The notes under the pieces: model-generated
Told to the model about the DNA's origin: nothing
What the model saw: the letters and a program-made list of their open reading frames with translations, nothing else
Databases searched by the model: none
Virus record (IMG/VR): IMGVR_UViG_2778261418_000011
Coordinates: 1-15,956 of that record
Length of the DNA stretch: 15,956 nucleotides
Origin: a virus
Lineage: Duplodnaviria > Heunggongvirae > Uroviricota > Caudoviricetes
Direction: 5' to 3' (one strand)
Position numbers and translations under genes: made by a program
Shown: positions 8,792 to 15,922 of the stretch, piece after piece
Layout: each line of letters opens with the position of its first letter
How positions within the stretch are numbered: the stretch's first letter is position 1

Positions 8792-10010
8792 CTCCACTCT
8801 CCTTTTTCTTACCGTTGTCATCGCCAGCAGAGGGACTGGTGGTCATGTTCATCGGTGTCAGATACACATCACCGCCCGGTCGGGGATTCATATCTTCCAG
8901 ATCACGGCAGTCATTAGGGGAATAAATCCCCCAGTTGATCCCCGTGGCATACGCTTCAAAGCGGGATTTCATGTCGCCACGCAACAATGCTCCGGCATTA
9001 AACTTGGCGTAAAATTTTCCCTGCTTGCTCTCCCTGACCAGCCCTGTATTGATCCGCTGCTCAATACGGGTCAGATACGGCACAAGGGAATAGTTAATGA
9101 AACCAAGCCCCAGCTCTTCAATATTGTTGAAGGTGGCGCGATCGGTGTTCTGCACCATATGCAGCGGCACGCGGAACAGGCGACAGATTTCTTCCAGCTG
9201 AAACTTGCGGGTTTCCAGGAACTGGCTGTCCTCGGCATTCAGTGCCACCGTTTTCCAGTCCAGCCCCATTTCCAGAATCATCGGACGATGAGAGTTTCCC
9301 AGCCCGACATGCCGTTCCTCAAAATCCTTTTTGATACGCGCATAAGCCTGGTCAGAAAGTTGTTGATCCGTACGCAACACACCGGATGTTACCGCGCCAT
9401 TGCCAAACAATCTGGCACCATGCTCCTCGGTTGCCGCTGCCAGTGAAATGGCCTCGCGCGCATATGCAATGGGATTCAGACCGACAAGTCCATCCAGCGT
9501 CAGGGTACGCACATGCCAGATTTCATTCTGGGTCAGCACATCCACGGAACCATCCGGAAACGTCACCTGATAAACCGGCTGCCACTGGCTGTTCAGCTTC
9601 GGTTCCACACAGCCCGGATCTATCGGAAGAAGCTCCACCACTTCCCCCAGTGCCTTTACCTTGTAGGCGTAAAAATTACCCCGCAGACACAGGCAGACGA
9701 TAACCAGTTCCCAGAATTCCTGCGGCGTCATGTAGCCATTGGGTTTTGCCGAAATCAGCTTATGCAGCCGTTCATCCACCGCCCGTGTTTTAAGGGTGCC
9801 GCTGATTTTGTAGAGACTGCAGGGCAGCATACCAACAGACTCAGCCAGCACCCTGACGCAGGAATAGACCGCCGTCAGCCGCATGGCCCGCTGGCTGCTG
9901 ATCCGCTTTCCGGTATAGGTGTCGTATGACAACCCCAGCTCTTCCGCAAGCATCCCGGGCGTTGTGACGGGGGTGTTATTTTTGCGTTGAAAAAGCCCCT
10001 GGAAAAACAT
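8769..10010 (-). CDS. Portal protein, HK97 family
   Basis: 413-aa ORF directly downstream of large terminase and upstream of the protease, with an acidic C-terminus. RBS GGAGGTGA precedes the ATG. Confidence 0.9.
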   Translation of the reverse strand: MFFQGLFQRKNNTPVTTPGMLAEELGLSYDTYTGKRISSQRAMRLTAVYSCVRVLAESVGMLPCSLYKISGTLKTRAVDERLHKLISAKPNGYMTPQEFWELVIVCLCLRGNFYAYKVKALGEVVELLPIDPGCVEPKLNSQWQPVYQVTFPDGSVDVLTQNEIWHVRTLTLDGLVGLNPIAYAREAISLAAATEEHGARLFGNGAVTSGVLRTDQQLSDQAYARIKKDFEERHVGLGNSHRPMILEMGLDWKTVALNAEDSQFLETRKFQLEEICRLFRVPLHMVQNTDRATFNNIEELGLGFINYSLVPYLTRIEQRINTGLVRESKQGKFYAKFNAGALLRGDMKSRFEAYATGINWGIYSPNDCRDLEDMNPRPGGDVYLTPMNMTTSPSAGDDNGKKKESGDADKTAS

Positions 10011-10192
10011 TACTCACCTCCGGAGGCGACCCGGTGACCGCGATCGAGATAACGCGCAACCAGCCACGACCAGCACAGACACAGCGCCCCGACAACAACA
10101 AAACCTGCCGGGGGATAAATCAGCCAGGCGCCATACGCCAGCAAAAGCGCCCCCAGCACGCCCACCAGTGGCGTGAGAATTATCAGAAACAT
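10010..10192 (-). CDS. Small hypothetical membrane protein (60 aa, two predicted transmembrane helices)
   Basis: [63 protein letters not shown] fills the 193-bp gap between terminase and portal. GAGGG lies 5 nt upstream of its ATG, and its TAA overlaps the portal ATG (TAATG). Confidence 0.45.
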   Translation of the reverse strand: MFLIILTPLVGVLGALLLAYGAWLIYPPAGFVVVGALCLCWSWLVARYLDRGHRVASGGE

Positions 10193-10203
10193 AATGCCCT
10201 CGG

Positions 10204-11961
10204 TTAAAGCGAGCGAATACCAACGCTGACCAGATGCTCAGACAGATCCGGCTCCGGTTCACCGCCATTGACCAGCATCCGGCTCATTGCTGTAAACATC
10301 GCAACAGGACCGTCGATTTTGGCTTCAGGCGTGGATTTGTTCGGGAAGATATTGTCGTTTTTGTCCGGTTTTACCGTAACGTTAGACATCATCCAGTTCA
10401 TGACCGGGTGATTGCTGTGGTGAAAACGCCCGGCATAGACCAGTGATTCCGTTTCCTTCATAGCCTCTGACAGATTGCGGACCGTCTGCGGAACTTCCAC
10501 CAGCGGTATCCCTTCTTCAGCCAGAGCCAGACTGAACTGCATTGCACTCCACGGGTCAAATCCCAGCTCCCTCAGGTTTTCACCACCAATCCATTCCAGT
10601 AAGTCACTTTTTATCTGAGCATGATCGATAACATCACCATCCGTCAGGATGAGCTTATCCATCTCCGCCCATTTCCGGTAAAGTTCTGCCTGCTGCCGCG
10701 AGCACCGCTCCAGCCGTCCTTCCGGGAGCCAGAATTTAAAATCAGCATGAACATGTCCGTTATCGGTTCGCCAGAGTTTTGCCGCCGCACAGATATCAAT
10801 CTTATGAGCAAGGTCGACGCCGACCCACATGGGATACGTTTTAAGCTCATGTCGTGGGGCAATATATTCGCATTTCTCCCACTTAATCATGTCCATCCAG
10901 GCAGACTCTGCTGTTACCCACACATTCATGTGTTTGGTAAAAAAATTCACCCGCGCAGAGACCTGTTCTTTCGCTTTTTTCGCCAGACGACGCAGATCAT
11001 CCCAGCGTTTACAGATGCCCAAGCCGGGATTCGCTTTCTGCCAGACCGTTTCATCAAACGGATCATCTCCCTCATCGAGCGTGTAAATAATCGCAAAGTA
11101 GGAATCATCTTTTACCGCGCCCTCCACGTCGCTGTTATAGCCTCGCAATACCTTGATGGCGTAATCGCGTTGCTCGTAACAAATCCCTTCCTTGTTAAAG
11201 CCCGCCGTGGTGATACCAAATAACAGGGACTGCAGACGGGCACCGGTTGCCGTTTCCAGAACGTCCCACACGTCGCGGGTTTTATGTGCATGCAGCTCAT
11301 CAATAATGGCGCAGTGGATGTTCAGACCGTCCAGGTTGTTTGCATCCGAGGAAAGCGGTTCAAATTTTGATGCGCTCTGCTCCTGGTAAATCGCCAGCTT
11401 GTTGAAATCAAACAATCGCCCGAGTGTCGACCGGGCTTTTCTGACCATATTTTTGGCGTCTTCAAACACAATTCTGGCCTGGTCACGCGTGGTTGCGGCT
11501 GAATACACCTCAGCACCGCCTTCACCATCTGCCCCCGTCATATACAGGCCGATACCCGATGACAGGGTTGATTTTGCGTTTTTACGGGCGACTTCGTTGT
11601 ACGCCGTACGGAACCGGCGCACCATCACCGGACGTCCGCTGCCATCGCTGCGCATGACAACTTCCCCGGTCTCTTCATTAACCAGCGGAATGACAAAACC
11701 AAAAATATTAATGAGGATAAATACATGCCAGTCCATCAGTTCAATGGGCTGGCCTGCCAGCGCCCCTTTTACATGGGGCACAAATTTGTAGAAATTCAGG
11801 ATGTGCTGCGCACGGGGTTCACTGAAATAAATCCCCCGCTCTTCGCCGTACTTCAGATCATCAAGAAAACGCTGGCAGGCCAGACGGACAAATTCGCCAG
11901 CGACAATTTCTCCTGCAACAACACGTTCGGCGTAGCGGATCCCGTCAGCCACTTTTGCCAT
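10204..11961 (-). CDS. Terminase large subunit
   Basis: 585-aa ORF in the canonical position between small terminase and portal, with an ATGA overlap to the small-subunit stop. Length and composition fit an ATPase-plus-nuclease large terminase. Confidence 0.9.
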   Translation of the reverse strand: MAKVADGIRYAERVVAGEIVAGEFVRLACQRFLDDLKYGEERGIYFSEPRAQHILNFYKFVPHVKGALAGQPIELMDWHVFILINIFGFVIPLVNEETGEVVMRSDGSGRPVMVRRFRTAYNEVARKNAKSTLSSGIGLYMTGADGEGGAEVYSAATTRDQARIVFEDAKNMVRKARSTLGRLFDFNKLAIYQEQSASKFEPLSSDANNLDGLNIHCAIIDELHAHKTRDVWDVLETATGARLQSLLFGITTAGFNKEGICYEQRDYAIKVLRGYNSDVEGAVKDDSYFAIIYTLDEGDDPFDETVWQKANPGLGICKRWDDLRRLAKKAKEQVSARVNFFTKHMNVWVTAESAWMDMIKWEKCEYIAPRHELKTYPMWVGVDLAHKIDICAAAKLWRTDNGHVHADFKFWLPEGRLERCSRQQAELYRKWAEMDKLILTDGDVIDHAQIKSDLLEWIGGENLRELGFDPWSAMQFSLALAEEGIPLVEVPQTVRNLSEAMKETESLVYAGRFHHSNHPVMNWMMSNVTVKPDKNDNIFPNKSTPEAKIDGPVAMFTAMSRMLVNGGEPEPDLSEHLVSVGIRSL

Positions 11962-12443
11962 CAGTCTCTCGCTTTTAAAAGTTCCGCCAGCGGATCAACA
12001 TCATCCGGTCCGGCGGTATTTACTTTCGCCCGGCTTGCCGGTGACATACCAAACTCTGCAAGCATCGCCCGGATCCGCTTCCAGGCATCCGCTTTCATCG
12101 CAGCAGCCGGGTGTGCCTTAATCAGCACATCACCGTTCTGCGTTTCCGTGCGGTAGGTATAACCCTCAACATCGAGTATTTCGCAGTGATGCCGGTATTC
12201 GGTGTAGGCTTCCACCAGCAACTCGAGTGCACGCGCATCAAGCTGAGAAATGATCCCTTCCGCATTCAGTTCTTCCGCCATTCGCCTGAACCAGTACTTC
12301 CCCTGCGCCCCTAAATGTTGCGGAATTTTAGGGAGACCTTTTTCGTCCTTTTTAGCGGTTTTTTTGGGGTCTTTAACGGGGCGCTTTGATGGGTTGCCTC
12401 GTATCAAATGCAGGCGTGGCGGGGTTTTCGGGGGTCCTGACAT
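11961..12443 (-). CDS. Terminase small subunit
   Basis: 160-aa ORF with a basic N-terminus (..KTPPRLHLIRGNPSKRPVKDPKKTAKKDEKG..) immediately upstream of and overlapping the large terminase. Resembles the P27-type small terminase as I recall it. Confidence 0.75.
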   Translation of the reverse strand: MSGPPKTPPRLHLIRGNPSKRPVKDPKKTAKKDEKGLPKIPQHLGAQGKYWFRRMAEELNAEGIISQLDARALELLVEAYTEYRHHCEILDVEGYTYRTETQNGDVLIKAHPAAAMKADAWKRIRAMLAEFGMSPASRAKVNTAGPDDVDPLAELLKARD

Positions 12444-12590
12444 AATCGGTTTTACCTATCAATCGTTTAATCGCATTCCCAAAAAAAAGTTTTCGAACCT
12501 GCGGCGATGCGAGGAAAGGTCAGGCGGCGGTACTGAGCAGCCAGGGCTGCAGGGATTTTACCCGCCCCTCCCCACAAGTGAGAATAATTA

Positions 12591-12941
12591 TCACCTGATT
12601 CGTTCGCGCGCTGTTTTTGCTTTGTGGCAGGGCCAGCACAGACTCTGCAGGTTGCTGTCTGCATCTGTTCCGCCATGTGCTTTCGGGATGATGTGGTCGA
12701 CAGTTTTCGCCTCGCGCACCACACCGACACGCAGACACAACTGACACAGACCTTTATCGCGCTTCAGAATACGGGCTCGAATCACCGTCCATTTTGAGCC
12801 ATAGCCACGCTGGTGGCGGCTCAGTCCGCGCTGGTGCTGCACCCAGCCTTCACCCCGATGTTTATCGCAGTAGCCAGAGCTGTCTGTTGTTGTGCCTGCG
12901 CAACCTCGCTTACGGCATGCGCGGGGGATTCGTGATGGCAT
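12591..12941 (-). CDS. HNH endonuclease (phage packaging-associated)
   Basis: C-terminal motif ...VDHIIPKAHGGTDADSNLQSLCWPCHKAKT plus an N-terminal Cys cluster. The likely start is the ATG at 12941 (MPSRIP...), with AGGAG at 6-nt spacing. Sits upstream of the terminase genes as in HK97-like phages. Confidence 0.85.
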   Translation of the reverse strand: MPSRIPRACRKRGCAGTTTDSSGYCDKHRGEGWVQHQRGLSRHQRGYGSKWTVIRARILKRDKGLCQLCLRVGVVREAKTVDHIIPKAHGGTDADSNLQSLCWPCHKAKTARERIR

Positions 12942-13023
12942 TGGAATCTCCTTAATACCGGCATTATCGCAGCCCCTCACTGAAGGGCTGCTGTAATGCC
13001 TGTTACTCAGTAACAACTGCGCC

Positions 13024-13299
13024 TTACGGTAATTTCATGAAGGCAAATACCGGACAGCCCGGATGACGAGCATCTTCTGTTGCTTCCAGCATTGATTCAC
13101 CAAACCACTCCGTCGTGGCACGACCATCAGCAGCTTTGTAGTGGAGCAAGTACTGGTTTTCGCCATCCGCATACTGAGCGCGAGCTTTAACCTCACCCCA
13201 TTCATCACTGATGCGTACTTCCACCAGTTGTGACAGTTCAAACTTAAACGGAATAGACGCGACACCAACTAAAATCGGTTTATTTTCTGTTTTTTCCAT
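13024..13299 (-). CDS. Hypothetical protein (~92 aa), function unknown
   Basis: Track ORF 13024..13350. The only SD (AGGAG) precedes the ATG ATG pair at 13302/13299, so the true product is probably MEKTENKPILVGVASIPFKFELSQLVEVRISDEWGEVKARAQYADGENQYLLHYKAADGRATTEWFGESMLEATEDARHPGCPVFAFMKLP. No family recognised. Confidence 0.5.
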   Translation of the reverse strand: MEKTENKPILVGVASIPFKFELSQLVEVRISDEWGEVKARAQYADGENQYLLHYKAADGRATTEWFGESMLEATEDARHPGCPVFAFMKLP

Positions 13300-13473
13300 C
13301 ATCGTCTCCTGATATCGAAGCCCGTCGCCGCACCGGGCGCTGATCAACATTTGAGTATTCGCGGCGAAAGAAAGAATTTATTTTATTGAATGACCGCAAA
13401 CACAGAATTTCATGCTTTCCGGGCGCTGACGCATCCTTCATTTTTCAGCAAAATATTCTGCTCTTACGGGCGA

Positions 13474-13656
13474 TCAGTTCTGCAGACACTGCCGAACACC
13501 GTCAACAATTTCGCAGACCTGAGAAGCCGTATCGAAAAGCTGGCGCGCCTTATCCAGGCTGACGCATCCCACCAATAAAAAAGGCACCAGTATCGCTACC
13601 AGTGCCCATTTCGCCGCCGTTCGCGGCATTCTGTGTGTCCAGTGTTTTCGCGCCAT
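13474..13656 (-). CDS. Small putative lipoprotein (60 aa; lipobox LVGC, ~30-aa mature peptide with 3 Cys)
   Basis: MARKHWTHRMPRTAAKWALVAILVPFLLVGCVSLDKARQLFDTASQVCEIVDGVRQCLQN has a basic n-region, a hydrophobic h-region and an L-V-G-C lipobox. Its start lies 1 nt after the stop of the upstream 37-aa ORF. Confidence 0.45.
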   Translation of the reverse strand: MARKHWTHRMPRTAAKWALVAILVPFLLVGCVSLDKARQLFDTASQVCEIVDGVRQCLQN

Positions 13657-13657
13657 A

Positions 13658-13771
13658 TCACCACCAACGCACAGCCCAAATCAGAACAGCGACCGCCACA
13701 AGGCGAATTGCAAAGGCCGCAGCCCTTGTCAAATCAAGGCTCGCGGGAGTTTCCATTTCAATACCTTTCAT
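13658..13771 (-). CDS. Small hydrophobic peptide (37 aa, C-terminal transmembrane segment)
   Basis: My own translation of an ORF below the track's size cut-off: MKGIEMETPASLDLTRAAAFAIRLVAVAVLIWAVRWW. GAGG lies 9 nt upstream of the ATG. Positions checked codon by codon. Confidence 0.25.
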   Translation of the reverse strand: MKGIEMETPASLDLTRAAAFAIRLVAVAVLIWAVRWW

Positions 13772-13863
13772 AATGGACAACCTCAAAAAGAATCTTTTAT
13801 ACTTTCCCACGAGGATTTTCTCCCTACTCACTAATCACAATTTCCCCTTTGACGTGAAAACTA

Positions 13864-13896
13864 AAAACCCCGGACTGTTCCCCCAGCCGGGGTTTT
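13864..13896. terminator. Bidirectional intrinsic terminator downstream of the endolysin
   Basis: Perfect 10-bp stem AAAACCCCGG / CCGGGGTTTT (13864-13873 and 13887-13896) with a 13-nt loop. A/T-rich flanks on both sides give a U-tract in either orientation. Begins 8 nt after the endolysin stop. Confidence 0.55.
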
Positions 13897-13903
13897 GTTT
13901 TAC

Positions 13904-14287
13904 TTATCGCTTCAGCTGAAAGTGAGGTCCGTCTTTCAGCGTTTTCCAGTCCCCGCCCCATTCGATAGCGATCCCCAGCTCTGCGGCAGCCTGCTTAAAT
14001 GCCTGTGCGATTTTCTCGTACAGAGGCCACTCCCATGACACCTGGCTGCCGATGTAGGCCACAACATCCACCGCATCACCGGTCAGGTGGCGGCTGTTCA
14101 TGGTCTGGCTTTTCCCTTCCGCAACCAGCTGTTTCTGGCGATACTTACTGCGCAGGCCTTCCGTAATACCGAAATCAACCTCCGTCAGCTCCAGCGCACG
14201 GCGAACTACAGCAACCAGCTGTGGTTTGACACCCTCCAGATTTTTTTCACTGCGACGGCTGAATCTGAATTTACCCGGCATATTCAC
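13904..14287 (-). CDS. Endolysin, peptidase M15 family (L-alanyl-D-glutamate peptidase type), no signal-anchor
   Basis: 127-aa ORF with the metal-ligand pattern ...SRHLTGDAVDV... and ...DGPHFQL, typical of M15 zinc peptidase endolysins as I recall. Hydrophilic N-terminus. ATGA overlap with the upstream holin-like gene. Confidence 0.8.
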   Translation of the reverse strand: MNMPGKFRFSRRSEKNLEGVKPQLVAVVRRALELTEVDFGITEGLRSKYRQKQLVAEGKSQTMNSRHLTGDAVDVVAYIGSQVSWEWPLYEKIAQAFKQAAAELGIAIEWGGDWKTLKDGPHFQLKR

Positions 14288-14559
14288 CTCAACAATGGAA
14301 AGATTTTTGTGACGTTCCCGCGTGCGCGTATCACCAGCACGCAGAACAGCAGGTTAAAAAACACTTCCAGCCAGCCCGTTGCTAACGGGCGACCACACAG
14401 ATAGCTGAGGGGCGCAAAGGCATACAGCAGCATCAGCAGCCAGGCCAGCCATGACATCAGCGGTTTATGTCTGGAATCACGGCGACGATAAAAAAAGAGC
14501 GTCAGCACGATAACCGTGCATAACGCCACATTCAGCAATCCGGGAAGGTTACTTAACAT
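14284..14559 (-). CDS. Holin-like membrane protein B (91 aa, about three transmembrane helices); possible holin or antiholin
   Basis: Track ORF 14284..14613. The likely start is the ATG at 14559 (MLSNLPGLLNVALCTVIVLTLFFY...), with GGAGGAGG at 5-nt spacing. It lies directly upstream of the endolysin. Confidence 0.55.
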   Translation of the reverse strand: MLSNLPGLLNVALCTVIVLTLFFYRRRDSRHKPLMSWLAWLLMLLYAFAPLSYLCGRPLATGWLEVFFNLLFCVLVIRARGNVTKIFPLLR

Positions 14560-14941
14560 TGCCGCCTCCTCCACCCCGCAGGCGGGAAAACAGGACGGAC
14601 ACCAGCGATGCAATATCCTGTTGGTGGATAAACGACAGAATCTTTACCGACACCACCGATACCAGCACCGCACACAGTGCATCCGCCGATGTACCGTCAT
14701 AACCTGTTTTTGCTGCAATCCAGGCTGACAGCACGCGCGCTCCCAGCACGCCGACAATGAACGACACCAGAAAATGTGCCGCCACCCGCCAGGCTGAAAG
14801 CGCCTGCGGCATCGTTGCCACAAACAACGCTCCGGCGAACGCCCCAAACACAATCCCGAAATCCGTCCCGGTAAACAGTCCGAATACCGTCGCCCCGCCG
14901 AGCGCAGCGGCTGTACCAGAACCGGATAAGGGTTCAGACAT
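14549..14941 (-). CDS. Holin-like membrane protein A (130 aa, several Gly/Ala-rich transmembrane helices)
   Basis: First gene of the lysis cassette, with GGAG 8 nt upstream of the ATG. Its Gly-rich C-terminus (RLRGGGGGNVK) is encoded by the SD of the next gene. Confidence 0.6.
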   Translation of the reverse strand: MSEPLSGSGTAAALGGATVFGLFTGTDFGIVFGAFAGALFVATMPQALSAWRVAAHFLVSFIVGVLGARVLSAWIAAKTGYDGTSADALCAVLVSVVSVKILSFIHQQDIASLVSVLFSRLRGGGGGNVK

Positions 14942-15183
14942 ACTTTTTCTCCTGTAAAGAAAAAAGGGCCACCAGCAGCCCGCAAAAAAACGCCCACCAA
15001 AGGCACCCGCAGATGCCTTTGGTGTGGAGTTATTTGATGTGCGCCGGTCGTGGCGCGAGGAAGTGAAATAAGACTTACCTGAAATTAAGGTTAATCTTAT
15101 GGTTTAAACCATTTTTAATGCTTAGTAATATGAACTCGTCCCCAGAAGGGGCCAATACTTATTCTTCTTCACGGACTTTGTCC

Positions 15184-15215
15184 CGCGGCGTTAATCCGAC
15201 AGCCGCGCTTTTTTT
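15184..15215 (+). terminator. Plus-strand-oriented terminator-like hairpin
   Basis: CGCGGC (15184-15189), 12-nt loop, GCCGCG (15202-15207), then C and T7 (15209-15215). Confidence 0.4.
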
Positions 15216-15250
15216 GCGCCATATTCATCGCTGACTTATATGGCATTGCC

Positions 15251-15286
15251 ACACGGACATTATCAGTGTCCGTGTTTTCTTTTTTT
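15251..15286 (+). terminator. Plus-strand-oriented intrinsic terminator
   Basis: Perfect 9-bp stem ACACGGACA / TGTCCGTGT with a 7-nt loop, followed by TTTCTTTTTTT. Confidence 0.55.
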
Positions 15287-15297
15287 GAATTCAGAAT

Positions 15298-15324
15298 AAA
15301 AAAAACCGCCCAATGGAGGCGGTT
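15298..15324 (-). terminator. Minus-strand intrinsic terminator between the tRNA array and the lysis cassette
   Basis: Minus strand reads AACCGCC-UCCAUUG-GGCGGUU followed by U8 (plus-strand A8 at 15298-15305). Confidence 0.6.
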
Positions 15325-15688
15325 GGTCAATGCATGAGATCAATCATTTTTATTGTAATAGAAATCGAGGTGTCGGGTGCCTCCCGAAATATCCATCCCT
15401 ACAACAGATATTGTGATTCCCCGTTAAACCACTATATAAACCACCCTCGCACTGAGGAACACCTCTGCGGTGCTGTTTACAACACCAGAATGATGCTTCA
15501 CCGACCCTGCCAGGAAATACAAAATCTCCACCGATAATGCATCATTCTGCTGCCGTAAAAATTCAGCACTGAGGCTACACCCGACCTCAAATCATAGCCA
15601 GAGAACAGAATACCATTTAAACACAATCCGCTCCCACGTAATAAAAAATACGCCAGTGCTGTAATACAATAAGGCTTATTACAAATGT

Positions 15689-15763
<75 letters not shown>

Positions 15764-15766
15764 ATA

Positions 15767-15842
<76 letters not shown>

Positions 15843-15844
15843 AC

Positions 15845-15921
15845 TGGACCGCCACCGGGGACTCGAACCTCGCACACTTAACTTAAAGGGTTGACGCTCT
15901 TTCCTGATGAGCTAGTGGCGA
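15845..15921 (-). pseudogene. Degenerate tRNA-like gene (possible decayed tRNA-Arg-like member of the array)
   Basis: A 77-nt cloverleaf can be drawn (acceptor stem with U1-G72, D-arm GCUC/GAGC, T-loop UUCGAGU, encoded CCA). However the anticodon loop is CCUUUAA (C where U33 is normally invariant), and there are A-C mismatches in the anticodon and T stems. Confidence 0.4.
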
Positions 15922-15922
15922 T

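Noticed and set aside
10621-11223. 200-aa plus-strand ORF
   Set aside because: Entirely antisense to the large terminase gene; shadow ORF.
12444-12590. Exact lambda cosN sequence (GGGCGGCGACCT)
   Set aside because: Not seen in this interval on either strand; only loosely similar CGCCGC repeats are present, so the cos assignment rests on gene order alone.
13657-13904. Canonical Rz/Rz1 spanin pair (embedded or overlapping) downstream of the endolysin
   Set aside because: No ORF of i-spanin size exists here in any minus frame; reading through the TGA of the 37-aa ORF gives only about 70 aa with no coiled-coil character.
14644-15006. 120-aa minus-strand ORF (Cys/Arg/Trp-rich) overlapping the holin-like gene A
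   Set aside because: Out of frame with a better-supported membrane protein, implausible composition, and its start lies inside the leader hairpins.
15313-15537. 74-aa plus-strand ORF in the tRNA-to-holin spacer
   Set aside because: Its start codon lies inside the minus-strand terminator hairpin, there is no SD, and the direction opposes all neighbouring genes.
15903-15910. CTGATGAG on the plus strand, resembling a hammerhead-ribozyme core
   Set aside because: It is simply the complement of the D-arm of the degenerate tRNA-like gene; there is no GAAA partner or three-helix arrangement.
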